A DNA stretch of 64,000 nt from Gemmatimonadota bacterium (GCA_024641735.1 JAHECN010000001.1:1036-65035); one strand, 5' to 3'. Shown: positions 18,207 through 28,518, counted from the first letter of the stretch. The notes: generated by a model not told the origin, from the sequence alone. Made by a program: numbers and translations.

Positions 18207-20471
18207 ATGGCGAGTTTCAATGATGAGTGGTTGGCAACTATCCTGGGCCCTCTCCTTCCGGCGGGGGCCCTCGAGCGCTTGCACAGCGATCGGGAGGATT
18301 CGGGCCGTGCCTCTCTCTGGGAACGGGTTATCGATGCGCGGCTGTTGCCGGAGGCCGATGTTCTTGCCGCCCTTTCGGCGCGCTGTCGCTTGCCGATTGC
18401 GGACCTCAACCACGCCGGCGTGATCGGCAGGGACACACTCCCAGGACCACTCGCGCGTCGGTACTCGGTCGTGCCACTCAGCGTGACCGATGCCCTGCTG
18501 ATTGTTGCCACCGCCAATCCATTCGATGTTGGGGCCGAACAGTCCCTCGCCTTCGCCACCGGACGCGAGGTGCGAATGGCGCTGGCCTCGCCAAACCGCA
18601 TCCGGGAGAAGCTCGACGAGCTCTACGGCCCGGAAGCGAATGATGGGACCGTTGCCGACCTGCTCCATGATTTGGGTGGCGTCGACGGCGCCGAGTTGGT
18701 CGAAGACCCGGTGGAGGATGAGACCGAGTTCCTCGCTGCGGAGGCTGGGTCAAGACCGATCATCAAGTTGGTGGACGTGCTCCTCGCCGATGGCATCATC
18801 TCCCGAGCCAGCGACATCCACATCGAGTCGGGCGAGCAGTCCGTGGTCGTGCGGTATCGTATCGACGGTGTTCTCCGGCAGGCGATGACGATTCCGCGCA
18901 AGGCCGGAATTCCGCTCATCTCACGCATCAAGATCATGTCCGGGATGGACATCGCCGATCGGCTCCGCCCGCAGGATGGACGTGCCCGTGTCGTCCAGTC
19001 GAACGGGTCACCGGTGGACCTGCGCGTCTCGACGCTGCCAGCGACGCACGGTGAAAAGGTCGTCATCCGGATCCTGAACACCCAGCAAACTGATCTGGCG
19101 CTCGCGGCACTCGGGCTCTTCCCCGACGAGCAAGAGCGGATCCTGCGAATGCTGGAGCACAAGGAAGGGGTGGTGCTCTGCACGGGGCCGACCGGATCCG
19201 GCAAGACCACGACGCTCTACTCTTGCATCCGCGAGATTCAACGGGAAGGGATCAACATCATCACCGTTGAGGATCCGGTCGAGTATCGCCTCGGCAAGAA
19301 CATCGTGCAGGTCCAGACCAATGAGAAGCAGGGCCTCACCTTCGCCGCCGCGCTGCGCTCGATTCTCCGGCAAGATCCGGATGTCGTCCTCGTCGGCGAA
19401 ATTCGCGATCTCGAGACCGCCCAGATCGCGGTGCAGGCGTCCCTGACTGGTCACCTGGTGTTGTCGACGCTGCACACCAACGACGCGCCCAATACGGTCA
19501 CCCGCCTCATCGACATGGGGCTGGAGCCCTTCAAGATCGGCGCGGCGTTGCGCGGGGTCATTGCGCAGCGTCTCATGCGCCAGCTCTGTCTGGTCTGCCG
19601 GACGTCGCAACAGGCGTCCGAGCTCCCGTCGCGTGTCCTGCCATTCATTCCGGAAGGCGCGACGCTCTGGAAGGCGGTCGGGTGTGGGCAGTGCAGCCAA
19701 ACGGGCTATCGCGGTCGATTTTCGATCGTCGAAATCCTTGAGATGACCCCAGAGCTGGAGCGCGCTGTTGGCAACAATGCTCCGGCTACCCAAATCGGAG
19801 AGGTCGCGCGCGAGAATGGCATGCGATCACTCTTCCAGTGCGGGTTGCGGCATGTGCTCGAGGGGCGGACCTCGGTCGAGGAACTGCTACGGGTCACCGA
19901 TGTGCCGATGGAGCCCCGATCCGCCACCTCCGGTCGGAGTCTGGCCGATGCCGTGATCGCGACGGCGGCCCCGGCGGCACCAACCGCCGGGGCACACGCT
20001 GCCCAAGGGCAGGTGCTTGCCGCCGCGGACTTGCTGGACGCCCTCGAATTGGTGGACGACACGACGGGAGAGATTGCAATCGCGCCCCTCGCCGCCCGCG
20101 CGACCATCTTGCTGGTCGAGGACGAAGACACGCTGCGGCGGGTGATGAAGGACCTGCTCGAGCAGGAGGGCTACACGATCTGTGAGGCGCGCGATGGCAG
20201 CGAGGCGCTCGAGCAGGTGGACCGCCACAATCCCGACCTGGTGTTGCTCGACCTGAATTTGCCGAACGTGGACGGCTATTCCGTGCTGGCAGAGCTGCGG
20301 TCTCGCCCCGCGACGAGGGATTTGCCGATTGTCGTACTCTCGGCGCGCGGCGACGAGGACAACGAAGTGCGTGTCCTCCGCGCCGGCGCCACGGATTTCT
20401 TGACCAAGCCATTCCGTCCACGCGCGCTTGCCGCGCGGCTCGAGGCGACGCTCGCGCGTCGTCTGCAGTAG
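18207..20471 (+). CDS. GspE/PilB-family secretion ATPase with a C-terminal response-regulator receiver domain
   Basis: 754 aa. T2SSE_N-like N-terminus, Walker A GPTGSGKTTT, Walker B DPDVVLVGEIRD, His box TGHLVLSTLHTN and a CLVC...CGQC tetracysteine. An Ala/Pro-rich linker leads to a REC domain (ILLVEDEDT, LVLLDLNLPNVDG, FLTKPF) from about nt 20103. Confidence 0.9.
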   Translation: MASFNDEWLATILGPLLPAGALERLHSDREDSGRASLWERVIDARLLPEADVLAALSARCRLPIADLNHAGVIGRDTLPGPLARRYSVVPLSVTDALLIVATANPFDVGAEQSLAFATGREVRMALASPNRIREKLDELYGPEANDGTVADLLHDLGGVDGAELVEDPVEDETEFLAAEAGSRPIIKLVDVLLADGIISRASDIHIESGEQSVVVRYRIDGVLRQAMTIPRKAGIPLISRIKIMSGMDIADRLRPQDGRARVVQSNGSPVDLRVSTLPATHGEKVVIRILNTQQTDLALAALGLFPDEQERILRMLEHKEGVVLCTGPTGSGKTTTLYSCIREIQREGINIITVEDPVEYRLGKNIVQVQTNEKQGLTFAAALRSILRQDPDVVLVGEIRDLETAQIAVQASLTGHLVLSTLHTNDAPNTVTRLIDMGLEPFKIGAALRGVIAQRLMRQLCLVCRTSQQASELPSRVLPFIPEGATLWKAVGCGQCSQTGYRGRFSIVEILEMTPELERAVGNNAPATQIGEVARENGMRSLFQCGLRHVLEGRTSVEELLRVTDVPMEPRSATSGRSLADAVIATAAPAAPTAGAHAAQGQVLAAADLLDALELVDDTTGEIAIAPLAARATILLVEDEDTLRRVMKDLLEQEGYTICEARDGSEALEQVDRHNPDLVLLDLNLPNVDGYSVLAELRSRPATRDLPIVVLSARGDEDNEVRVLRAGATDFLTKPFRPRALAARLEATLARRLQ

Positions 20472-20495
20472 CACCCCGTCATTCCCGAGTCCTCT

Positions 20496-21602
20496 GTGCC
20501 GACCACCCCTTCCAGCAATCCCGCCGAGGCGCTCCGCCTCATCAAGCCGTCTGTGTTGGCACAGGGCGCCTATACGCTCGCGGCGCCCCAGGCGGTGCGG
20601 AAGCTCAACCAGAACGAGGCGCCGGAAGACCTCGACGCCACGCTGAAGACCGCGATTCTTTCTCGCGTTGCCGCCCGGCCCTGGCATCGCTATCCGGAAT
20701 TCGCGCCGCGGTCGTTGGTGGATCGGCTCGCCTCGCACTATGGCTGGGACCCGGAGGGGTTGCTGGTTGGCAACGGGTCCAACGAACTGATTCAGGCGAC
20801 GATGAGTGTGGTCGTCGACCGGGACGATGTGGTCGTTGCGCCGGCACCCACCTTTTCGCTCTATCGGCTGCTGGCGGCGGTGCATGGTGCGCGCTACGTT
20901 GGCGTCCCGTTCGGGAAAAACTTCGCCTACGACGTGCCACGGTTGGTGGAGACGGTGACCCGTGAGCGGGCCAAGGTGCTGGTCCTCAATACGCCGAACA
21001 ATCCCACTGGCTCCGCGGTCACGCGGCGTGATGTGGAATCGGCACTGCAGGCCACCACGGGACTCGTCATCTGTGATGAGGCCTACGTGGAGTTTGGTGG
21101 CGAAAGCGCCATCCCATTGCTTGCGGAGTATCCTCGTCTGGTGGTCTTGCGCACCTTCTCCAAGGCGCTCGGGCTCGCGGGGCTGCGCTTCGGGGTTGCC
21201 CTCACCCACCCGGCCATGGCGCGCGAGATTACCAAGGCCAAGCTGCCGTACAACGTGAACGTCATGACACTCGAAGCGGCCGAAGTCGTGCTGGACCATG
21301 CCGGCGCGATTCAGGACCGGGTGGCCGGGATCTGCGCGACACGCGATCAATTGATCCGTGACCTGCGCACCCTCCCCGGTCTCACGGTATATGACAGCGC
21401 TGCCAACTTCTGTATCATCCGGTGCTCCGCAGTGCCGGCGCGTGTGGTGTTCGAGCGCCTGTTCGAGGACTACGGCATCCTGATTCGCGACGTCTCTGCC
21501 GGTGTCGATCTGGCAGAGTGCCTCCGCATCTCGGTCGGGACACCAGAAGACATGGCGGCGATTCTCGCCGCGCTGCGAACCATCTTGGGAGAGACGACAT
21601 GA
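20496..21602 (+). CDS. hisC: Histidinol-phosphate aminotransferase
   Basis: 368 aa with a GTG start. PLP-lysine context [15 protein letters not shown] and a class-II aminotransferase layout, in a his-operon context. Confidence 0.92.
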   Translation: MPTTPSSNPAEALRLIKPSVLAQGAYTLAAPQAVRKLNQNEAPEDLDATLKTAILSRVAARPWHRYPEFAPRSLVDRLASHYGWDPEGLLVGNGSNELIQATMSVVVDRDDVVVAPAPTFSLYRLLAAVHGARYVGVPFGKNFAYDVPRLVETVTRERAKVLVLNTPNNPTGSAVTRRDVESALQATTGLVICDEAYVEFGGESAIPLLAEYPRLVVLRTFSKALGLAGLRFGVALTHPAMAREITKAKLPYNVNVMTLEAAEVVLDHAGAIQDRVAGICATRDQLIRDLRTLPGLTVYDSAANFCIIRCSAVPARVVFERLFEDYGILIRDVSAGVDLAECLRISVGTPEDMAAILAALRTILGETT

Positions 21603-22189
21603 GCAGGTCTGCCACGATCGAGCGCCTGACGGGCGAGACTGAGTTGCGCGTGCGCCTCGAACTCGACGGCCAGGGCGAGGCGTCGATTGAGACGGGTATC
21701 GGGTTCTTCGATCACATGCTCACGGCGCTTGCCCGTCATGGGCTCTTCGATCTGGTCGTGCAGGCCGAAGGTGACCTGCATGTCGATGGCCATCACACGG
21801 TCGAGGATACCGGCATCGCACTCGGACAGGCGATCGCGGCGGCACTGGACGATCGCGCCGGTATTCGACGGTACGGCGAGGCCACGGTTCCCTTGGACGA
21901 AGCGCTGGTGCGCGTCGTCGTCGATTGTTCCGGTCGCCCGCATCTGGAATGGCACGCCGATCCGGCGAGCTGGCAGATGGTGGGAGAGTTCGACGTCGCC
22001 CTGGCGCCGGAGTTCTTCCGGGCCGTCGCGGTCCATGGCGGGTTGACGCTGCACATCGACCTGCTCCGCGGTCGGAATGCGCATCATATTGTCGAGGCAA
22101 CGTTCAAGGCCTTTGCCCGTGCGCTCGACATGGCAACCGGCCATGATCCGCGCGTGGACGGGATCCCCTCCACCAAGGGCGTGCTGTGA
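21599..22189 (+). CDS. hisB: Imidazoleglycerol-phosphate dehydratase
   Basis: ATG at 21599 overlaps the hisC stop. Motifs GIGFFDHML and [14 protein letters not shown]. 196 aa. Confidence 0.95.
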   Translation: MSRSATIERLTGETELRVRLELDGQGEASIETGIGFFDHMLTALARHGLFDLVVQAEGDLHVDGHHTVEDTGIALGQAIAAALDDRAGIRRYGEATVPLDEALVRVVVDCSGRPHLEWHADPASWQMVGEFDVALAPEFFRAVAVHGGLTLHIDLLRGRNAHHIVEATFKAFARALDMATGHDPRVDGIPSTKGVL

Positions 22190-22806
22190 TCGCCGTCGTC
22201 GACTACGGGGTGAACAATCTCGCGTCGGTCGTGCGTGCCTTGGCGGCAGCTGGACACCCTGGAACCCTGACGGCAGATCCCGAAGAGGTGCGCCGTGCCG
22301 ATCGCGTGGTGGTCCCTGGCGTCGGCCACTTTGCACGTGCGGCCGTCACACTGCAGGTGACCGGCCTGGGCGAGGCCATCCGCGAGGTCGCAGCGGCTGG
22401 GCGGCCATTGCTCGGGATCTGTCTTGGCATGCAGCTCTTCCATCAGGAGAGTGAAGAGGCACCCGGCGCGACGGGACTCGGGATTCTCCCTGGACGGATC
22501 GTCCGATTCCGGACCACACAACACGTGCCTCATGTGGGATGGGCGGAAGTTCGCCCGACGCCGGCCGGACGCGCGCACGCCGTTGCCGGGCCCGCGCTGG
22601 GAGCCGAGGGGACGTACTACTACCACGTGCACTCGTATCATCCGGCAGAGCTCCCGGACTCCGCCGTGCTGGGCACCGGGGACTACGATGGCATCTTCCC
22701 GACGTTGGTGGGCTTGGGGAGTGTACTCGGGGCACAGTTCCACCCCGAAAAGTCCCAGCAGGCCGGCATCGCGTTCATGAAATTGTTCGCGGAGTGGACA
22801 CCATGA
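22186..22806 (+). CDS. hisH: Imidazole glycerol phosphate synthase, glutamine amidotransferase subunit
   Basis: 206 aa. GICLGMQ (catalytic Cys) and FHPEKS. The GTG start overlaps the hisB stop. Confidence 0.95.
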   Translation: MIAVVDYGVNNLASVVRALAAAGHPGTLTADPEEVRRADRVVVPGVGHFARAAVTLQVTGLGEAIREVAAAGRPLLGICLGMQLFHQESEEAPGATGLGILPGRIVRFRTTQHVPHVGWAEVRPTPAGRAHAVAGPALGAEGTYYYHVHSYHPAELPDSAVLGTGDYDGIFPTLVGLGSVLGAQFHPEKSQQAGIAFMKLFAEWTP

Positions 22807-22819
22807 CGGGCGCGCGCTG

Positions 22820-23572
22820 ATGCTGGCCCGTCGCATCATTCCCTGCCTTGACGTCGCGGACGGTCGCGTCGTCAAGGGAGTGCACTTCGAATCGTTGCGT
22901 GACGCTGGCGATCCCGTGGAGCAAGCCGCGCGCTATGACGCCGAGGGGGCGGATGAGCTCGTCTTTCTGGATATCACGGCATCGTACCGGAAGGAAAGCA
23001 CGACGCTTGCGATGGTCGAGCGGATCGCCGAGTCCATCTTCATTCCGTTCACGGTCGGCGGCGGAATTCGGTCGATTGAGGACGCCGGGGCTGCACTCCG
23101 TGCCGGGGCAGACAAGATCGGGGTCAATACCGCTGCGATTCGTGACCCAGAACTCGTCTCCCGACTCGCGGATTCCTACGGCTCACAGTGCATCGTGACC
23201 GCCGTGGATGTCCGGCGGGAAGGGGAGCAGTGGATGGTGATGGCGACGGGGGGCCGCGAGGCCACGGGATTGGAAGCACTTGCCTGGATGCGCACGCTGG
23301 AGAACCGCGGTGCGGGAGAAATTCTCCTCACGTCCATGGAGCGCGACGGGACCCGCCGTGGATATGATCTTGAACTGACGCATGCCGCGGCCACGCAACT
23401 CTCCATTCCGGTCATCGCGTCCGGTGGAGCCGGCAATCTGGCCCACCTCGCAGAAGCGTTTGAGGCCGGCGCGCATGGCGTGCTCGCGGCGTCGATCTTC
23501 CACTTTGACGGCACCACGATCGCGGATGCCCGCACCTACCTGCGGGGTCGAGGGATCGCGGTTCGGCCCTGA
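22820..23572 (+). CDS. hisF: Imidazole glycerol phosphate synthase, cyclase subunit
   Basis: 250 aa. [21 protein letters not shown] and VIASGGAG motifs. Confidence 0.96.
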   Translation: MLARRIIPCLDVADGRVVKGVHFESLRDAGDPVEQAARYDAEGADELVFLDITASYRKESTTLAMVERIAESIFIPFTVGGGIRSIEDAGAALRAGADKIGVNTAAIRDPELVSRLADSYGSQCIVTAVDVRREGEQWMVMATGGREATGLEALAWMRTLENRGAGEILLTSMERDGTRRGYDLELTHAAATQLSIPVIASGGAGNLAHLAEAFEAGAHGVLAASIFHFDGTTIADARTYLRGRGIAVRP

Positions 23573-23624
23573 ACCCTTCCCGGGCGCCAACCGACGCCGT
23601 ACTCTCAGGCAGCAGGAGCATTCC

Positions 23625-24272
23625 ATGACACGATGCTGGATCGGGAGCCGGACCGGCGCACTGCTCGTCGCGCTCATTCTCTGCACGACCACCGCCTCGG
23701 CCCAGGCCGCTCGGTCCGGAGTGGAGCAGGCCAGGATCGACTCCCTGCGCCGCCCATACACTGAGGCCGACATCACCTTTGTGTCCGGCATGATCGGCCA
23801 CCACGCCCAGGCGGTGCGGATGGCGGAGTGGGCGCCGACGCATGGCGCGGGACGCTCGCTCCAGATCTTCGCTGGCCGGATTGCACTCGGGCAGGAGTCA
23901 GAAATTGGACTCATGTCGGACTGGCTTCGTCACCGAGGCCGACCGGTCCCGGACGCCGACCCGCGCGGCATGAAGATGACCATGAACGGGATGACCCATT
24001 ACATGGTGATGCCCGGCATGCTGACCGAGGCCCAAATGGCAGAGCTCAACACGGCGCGTGGCGTCGAGTTCGAGCGGCTCTTCCTGACGTACATGATTCG
24101 CCACCATGAAGGCGCGATCACCATGGTCGACACATTGTTCAATACGCCTGGCGCAGCACAGGACGAATTCATCTTCAAATTCGCGAACGGCGTCTACGCC
24201 GACCAAGTGACTGAAATCGACCGCATGCAGCAGATGCTTGATGCGCTTCCTCCCAAGGTGCGTCCTTGGTGA
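23625..24272 (+). CDS. DUF305-family secreted protein
   Basis: ATG at 23625 gives a signal peptide (…LVALILCTTTASAQA). Two DUF305-type repeats are present: DITFVSGMIGHHAQAVRMAE and ERLFLTYMIRHHEGAITMVD. Confidence 0.85.
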   Translation: MTRCWIGSRTGALLVALILCTTTASAQAARSGVEQARIDSLRRPYTEADITFVSGMIGHHAQAVRMAEWAPTHGAGRSLQIFAGRIALGQESEIGLMSDWLRHRGRPVPDADPRGMKMTMNGMTHYMVMPGMLTEAQMAELNTARGVEFERLFLTYMIRHHEGAITMVDTLFNTPGAAQDEFIFKFANGVYADQVTEIDRMQQMLDALPPKVRPW

Positions 24273-24307
24273 TCTCCGCTGGACCACATCCACCCACCCC
24301 CCTCCCC

Positions 24308-26401
24308 ATGGACACGCCGATGAATTCCGCCTCAATCGCCTTCCGGGCCCCCGCCGCGCGATTCCTCGCGTCGAGCGCCGGATTGCTCCTCCTCGCCGCC
24401 TGTGCCGGATCCACGGCCGGCAGCGGGACGACTGCGGCGAGTGCGCCGCGCGCCGCCTCGCGAATGGCCGCCCCCTCCCCGGATCCCCGGGTCGGGCTGA
24501 AGGCCGGATTGCATGACGCGGGAGAAGCCATCTGGAACATGCGGATGGTCTCGCACGTGGTGTCGCCAGCGCCGTTCCTGGGGATCACCAATTCGGACCT
24601 CGCGTTCTCGGGAACGAACGTGATTCAGGGCAATTACAACGGCTTCCAGATTTGGGATATCTCCAACCCGAGCGCGCCTCGGATCCGGGTTGGGAAACTC
24701 TGCCCCGCGTCACAGAGCGACGTGTCGGTCTTTGGGCACTTGCTCTTCGTGTCGGCGGAGGCGCCATCTGCGAGATTGGATTGCGGGACGGAGGCACCCC
24801 GAGACCCGGTCAGTCGCGATCGTATTCGTGGGCTGCGCATCTTCGACATCACGGACATCGACAATCCCAAGTATCTGACCAACGTGCAAACCTGTCGTGG
24901 ATCGCACACCCATACGGTGTTGTCGGATCCGAAGGACACGCAAAATGTCTATGTCTACATCTCGGGCACGTCGAGCGTGCGGCCGGCCGATGAGCTGGCG
25001 GGCTGTGTTGGTGACGCCAACGATCCCAACACCGCACTCTTTCGCATCGAAGTCATCAAGGTGCCGCTGGCACACCCCGAGCAGGCGGCCATCGTCTCCT
25101 CGCCACGCATCTTCTCGGACGCCCAGTCCGGGACTGCCATGGGCTTGATCAACACCGCGAGCCACGGGCAGTCTCCCGCGGACACTGGTGCGGGAGGACG
25201 TGGCGGCCGCGCCGGTGGTGGGCGCGGCGGTTTCCAGATTACCGCGGCGATGCTCGTCCCGTTGACGGCAACCTCGACGAAGGCGGATTCGACACGCAAC
25301 ACGCAGGTGGCCGCGCTGATGCCGATGGCGCTGCTGACGCCGACGTCCACCAAGGCGGATTCCGCCACGTACAACGGCAAGGTCGCGGAGCTTGCCAAGC
25401 TCGGCGTGGCACTGCCGACGTTCGGGGGAGGTGGTCGTGCCGGGGGTGGCAATGCACCGCCGCGCGGCGCGTTGACGCAGTGTCACGACATTACGGTCTA
25501 TCCGGGTGTCGGACTCGCCGGTGGCGCCTGTGCCGGCATGGGTCTGCTGCTCGATATCCGGGATCCTGCGCACCCGCGCCGCATCGCGGAGGTCGCCGAC
25601 TCCAACTTCTCATTCTGGCACTCGGCCACGTTCAGCAATGATGGCTCGATGGTGCTCTTCTCCGACGAATGGGGCGGCGGTGGCGCGGCGTACTGCCGGG
25701 CCGCAGATCCCAAGGAGTGGGGTGCGGACGCGATCTTCAAGATCGTGAATGGCAAGATGATCTTCCAGAGCTATTACAAGTTGCCAGCCCCCCAGTCCGC
25801 GCAGGAGAACTGCGTGGCGCACAACGGGTCATTGATCCCGGTGCCGGGGCGCACCATCATGGTGCAGGCCTGGTATCAGGGCGGCATCTCGGTGTTCGAG
25901 TGGTCTGATCCTGCGCATCCCACGGAACTCGCGTTCTTCGATCGCGGGCCGAATGATGGGAGCCGCCTCGTTGGCGGCGGCTACTGGTCCGTGTACTGGT
26001 ACAATGGCCACATCGTCGGATCCGAGATGCAGCGTGGGCTCGACATTTTCGAACTGACGCCGAGCGCCGCGCTTTCGCAGAACGAAATCGATGCCGCGAA
26101 GACGGTGACGTTTGGGCACTTCAATGCCCAGGACCAGCCCAAGTTCGTTTGGCCTGCCTCGTTCGCGCTGGCGCGGGCGTATACGGATCAGTTGGAGCGC
26201 GGCGGCGGACTGTCCGCCGCGCAGGTGAGTGCGGTCCGGAGCAGTCTGATGACCGCGGAACGCGCGAGCGGAAGTGAGCGGCGCGCCGCCCTGGCAGCAG
26301 TGGCGAGTCAGGTCACCAGCTATGTCAGTGCCTCGTCAGACAAGGCCCGCGTGCAGTGGCTGGCCGGCGCGGCCCGGGACTTGGCGACGGCCACGCGCTA
26401 G
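24308..26401 (+). CDS. LVIVD-repeat beta-propeller lipoprotein with a low-complexity insertion
   Basis: Lipobox LLLLAAC. Recurrent LVIVD-type blades: FQIWDISNPSAP, GLRIFDITDIDNP, LLLDIRDPAHP, ISVFEWSDPAHP and GLDIFELT. Start could be 24266 (TTG), 24308 or 24320 (both ATG). Confidence 0.8.
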   Translation: MDTPMNSASIAFRAPAARFLASSAGLLLLAACAGSTAGSGTTAASAPRAASRMAAPSPDPRVGLKAGLHDAGEAIWNMRMVSHVVSPAPFLGITNSDLAFSGTNVIQGNYNGFQIWDISNPSAPRIRVGKLCPASQSDVSVFGHLLFVSAEAPSARLDCGTEAPRDPVSRDRIRGLRIFDITDIDNPKYLTNVQTCRGSHTHTVLSDPKDTQNVYVYISGTSSVRPADELAGCVGDANDPNTALFRIEVIKVPLAHPEQAAIVSSPRIFSDAQSGTAMGLINTASHGQSPADTGAGGRGGRAGGGRGGFQITAAMLVPLTATSTKADSTRNTQVAALMPMALLTPTSTKADSATYNGKVAELAKLGVALPTFGGGGRAGGGNAPPRGALTQCHDITVYPGVGLAGGACAGMGLLLDIRDPAHPRRIAEVADSNFSFWHSATFSNDGSMVLFSDEWGGGGAAYCRAADPKEWGADAIFKIVNGKMIFQSYYKLPAPQSAQENCVAHNGSLIPVPGRTIMVQAWYQGGISVFEWSDPAHPTELAFFDRGPNDGSRLVGGGYWSVYWYNGHIVGSEMQRGLDIFELTPSAALSQNEIDAAKTVTFGHFNAQDQPKFVWPASFALARAYTDQLERGGGLSAAQVSAVRSSLMTAERASGSERRAALAAVASQVTSYVSASSDKARVQWLAGAARDLATATR

Positions 26402-26428
26402 TGCGTCGCGCGGGTTGAGGTACCATGA

Positions 26429-26470
26429 AGAGAGGCCGGGATCCGCATCGACGCGGGTCCCGGCCTCTCT
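26429..26470. terminator. Bidirectional stem-loop between convergent genes
   Basis: agagaggccgggatccgc / atcgac / gcgggtcccggcctctct forms an 18-bp stem with one T:C mismatch (no G.U option on either strand) around a 6-nt loop. It lies 28 nt after the stop at 26401 and 18 nt before the stop at 26488. Confidence 0.6.
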
Positions 26471-26487
26471 CGTGATGCCACCACGGG

Positions 26488-27327
26488 TCAGCCCGCCGGG
26501 GGTCTTGGGTTCCGTTCCGTCGCCGCCATGTTGCTCGGCGCGTTGGGCTTCACGCGAATGGACTTCGCGGGAATGCCGACATGGACGTGATAGGGGCGCA
26601 CATCCTTCGTGGCGAGGGCATTCGCACCGACCATCCCATTCTCCCCGACATGCACACCGGCCAACACTGTTGCGTGGTAGGTGATCCGCACGTCGTCGGC
26701 GAGGATCGTCTGGAGGGAGGTGACCTCCTTTTGCTCGACGATGCTGTGGGTGTGCGAATAGATGTTCGCGTAGTCGGAGATCGAGACCCGGTTGCCGAGG
26801 AGGATGCCGCCCCGATCATCGAGGAGGACGTGCCGATGTACCACGACGTCGTCGCCGACTTCCAGTTGATAGCCGAACGAGAACTCCACGTGCTGGAAAC
26901 ATTTGAAGTTCGCGCCGACACGCCCGAAAATGTGCGGCGCGAGCAGCCGCCGAAACTCGATCCCCAGATCGATATGTTGCCCGCCAAGCGGCAGGCGATC
27001 GAAAGAGTACCAGAGCCACAGCAGCGGTTTCACTCGCGCAAAGCGCACCACATCCACCTCGGCGTAGTACTCCGGCTCCAAGGTGATATGTCGTGGATCG
27101 AGGGCCTCCAGCGCCACCCGTGCGGTCAGGGAGAGCGTCGGTTCGGCAAGTCGTTCCTCGAGCGACCCTTGACCCGGGTATGCCAACTCAAAGAGTGTCG
27201 CGGCCGTGAGCGCCGACCAGTCCGCCCCAGGTGCGGTCAGGGCGTGGTCGAGATCGGCGAGCCATTGGTCACGGTGGCTTCGGATCTCGTCTGGGACGGT
27301 CACTCGGCGCAGCGGATAGAGTGCCAT
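26488..27327 (-). CDS. Hexapeptide-repeat (left-handed beta-helix) acyltransferase with an uncharacterised N-terminal domain
   Basis: The C-terminal half carries hexapeptide repeats (GDDVVVHRHVLLDDRGGILLGNRVSISDYANI…, VRITYHATVLAGVHVGENGMVGANA). Starting at ATG 27327 avoids a 59-nt overlap. The alternative ATG is at 27390. Confidence 0.8.
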   Translation of the reverse strand: MALYPLRRVTVPDEIRSHRDQWLADLDHALTAPGADWSALTAATLFELAYPGQGSLEERLAEPTLSLTARVALEALDPRHITLEPEYYAEVDVVRFARVKPLLWLWYSFDRLPLGGQHIDLGIEFRRLLAPHIFGRVGANFKCFQHVEFSFGYQLEVGDDVVVHRHVLLDDRGGILLGNRVSISDYANIYSHTHSIVEQKEVTSLQTILADDVRITYHATVLAGVHVGENGMVGANALATKDVRPYHVHVGIPAKSIRVKPNAPSNMAATERNPRPPAG

Positions 27328-27331
27328 CCGT

Positions 27332-27955
27332 CTACGGAGCGGGCGCAGGGGGAGTGGGTCGGCGGCCGAGAATTCGGGCGCGCTCGGCATTGATGCGGGA
27401 CAGCTTGCGCTCCCATTCGCTGGTGGAGGCCGACACGTAGTTGACGGTGAACGCCTCCAGCACCGGAATCGGCTGCTCGAAGAGGAAGATGGCCGAGGCC
27501 TGTCCCCGCACGTCGAGTTGTTGATTGGAGAAGGAGGCCGAGAGCGGCAGTACTCCGATCGGACGATAGAACTGATTCCGACTCAATAGCGTCAAGAGCT
27601 GTGGATCGAATCGAGTATTTGGAGCCAAACCGTAAAAGGTCACCAACGCGAGCCCAGGTTGGCGAATGCCCCGGGACGAGGCGATGGTGTCCACGCGCGG
27701 GCGGTACTCCTCCACCAACGACGTGAGAGCCCGATAGCTGTCCACTGAGAGGAGCCGGAGGAGTCCCTCTTCGAGCGGCAGGATGCGAATGTCGAGGGAG
27801 CCGGTTCCGAAGCGAAGCGTGATCGCATCCTGACTCAATCGACCCTGCCCGATCGGCAGGGCGTTGGCCGTCGAGTCTGGGTCCGTTGTTTGGCTGTGTG
27901 CCAACGATGTGCCCCCGAGGAGCGCGCCGATCAGGAGCCACGGTCGGAGGCTCAT
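27332..27955 (-). CDS. Hypothetical secreted protein
   Basis: 207 aa with the signal peptide MSLRPWLLIGALLGGTSLAHSQ and a Pro-rich tail. No motif recognised. Overlaps the engB stop by 4 nt. Confidence 0.55.
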   Translation of the reverse strand: MSLRPWLLIGALLGGTSLAHSQTTDPDSTANALPIGQGRLSQDAITLRFGTGSLDIRILPLEEGLLRLLSVDSYRALTSLVEEYRPRVDTIASSRGIRQPGLALVTFYGLAPNTRFDPQLLTLLSRNQFYRPIGVLPLSASFSNQQLDVRGQASAIFLFEQPIPVLEAFTVNYVSASTSEWERKLSRINAERARILGRRPTPPAPAP

Positions 27956-28518
27956 GGAGTGATCTCCTCTCCGGATGGGGCGAGCTGCTCGCCGGCAGCG
28001 AGGAGCGACGCGCCGAGTTCCGCGATACCGAGCCCGGTCTGTGCGCTGACGACTTGGACCTGATCGAGCGGAAATCCGATCTCATCCGCCCGTGACGCCG
28101 CCGCGGCATCCCGCGCGGAGCGTGACAGCTTGTCGGCCTTCGTCAGGACGGCGAGCACCGCGCACCCGGCCTCCTCGAGCAGAGCGTGGAATTCCCCGTC
28201 GTCCTTTGACGGTTTGTGTCGGATGTCGAGCAACCACACGACACCGGACAGCGTGGGGCGCTTCCGCACGAAGGCCTCCAGCAATTTCCGATACGCCGCG
28301 CGCGTGCTCTTGTCCGCCTGGGCAAAGCCGTAGCCCGGCAGGTCGATCAGATAGAGGGACGGCAACTGGTAGACATTCAGCAACTGAGTCTTGCCGGGCG
28401 TCTGGCTGACGCGCGCCAAGGCGCGCCGACCAACCAGCGCATTGAGCAACGACGATTTGCCGACATTCGATCGGCCAATCATCGCAAACTCCGGGAGCGG
28501 TGGAGCGAGGACATGCAT
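27952..28518 (-). CDS. engB: Ribosome-biogenesis GTPase EngB/YsxC
   Basis: G1 GRSNVGKSSLLNAL, G3 DLPGYG and G4 TKADK. 188 aa, with a rather short N-terminus before G1. Confidence 0.9.
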   Translation of the reverse strand: MHVLAPPLPEFAMIGRSNVGKSSLLNALVGRRALARVSQTPGKTQLLNVYQLPSLYLIDLPGYGFAQADKSTRAAYRKLLEAFVRKRPTLSGVVWLLDIRHKPSKDDGEFHALLEEAGCAVLAVLTKADKLSRSARDAAAASRADEIGFPLDQVQVVSAQTGLGIAELGASLLAAGEQLAPSGEEITP

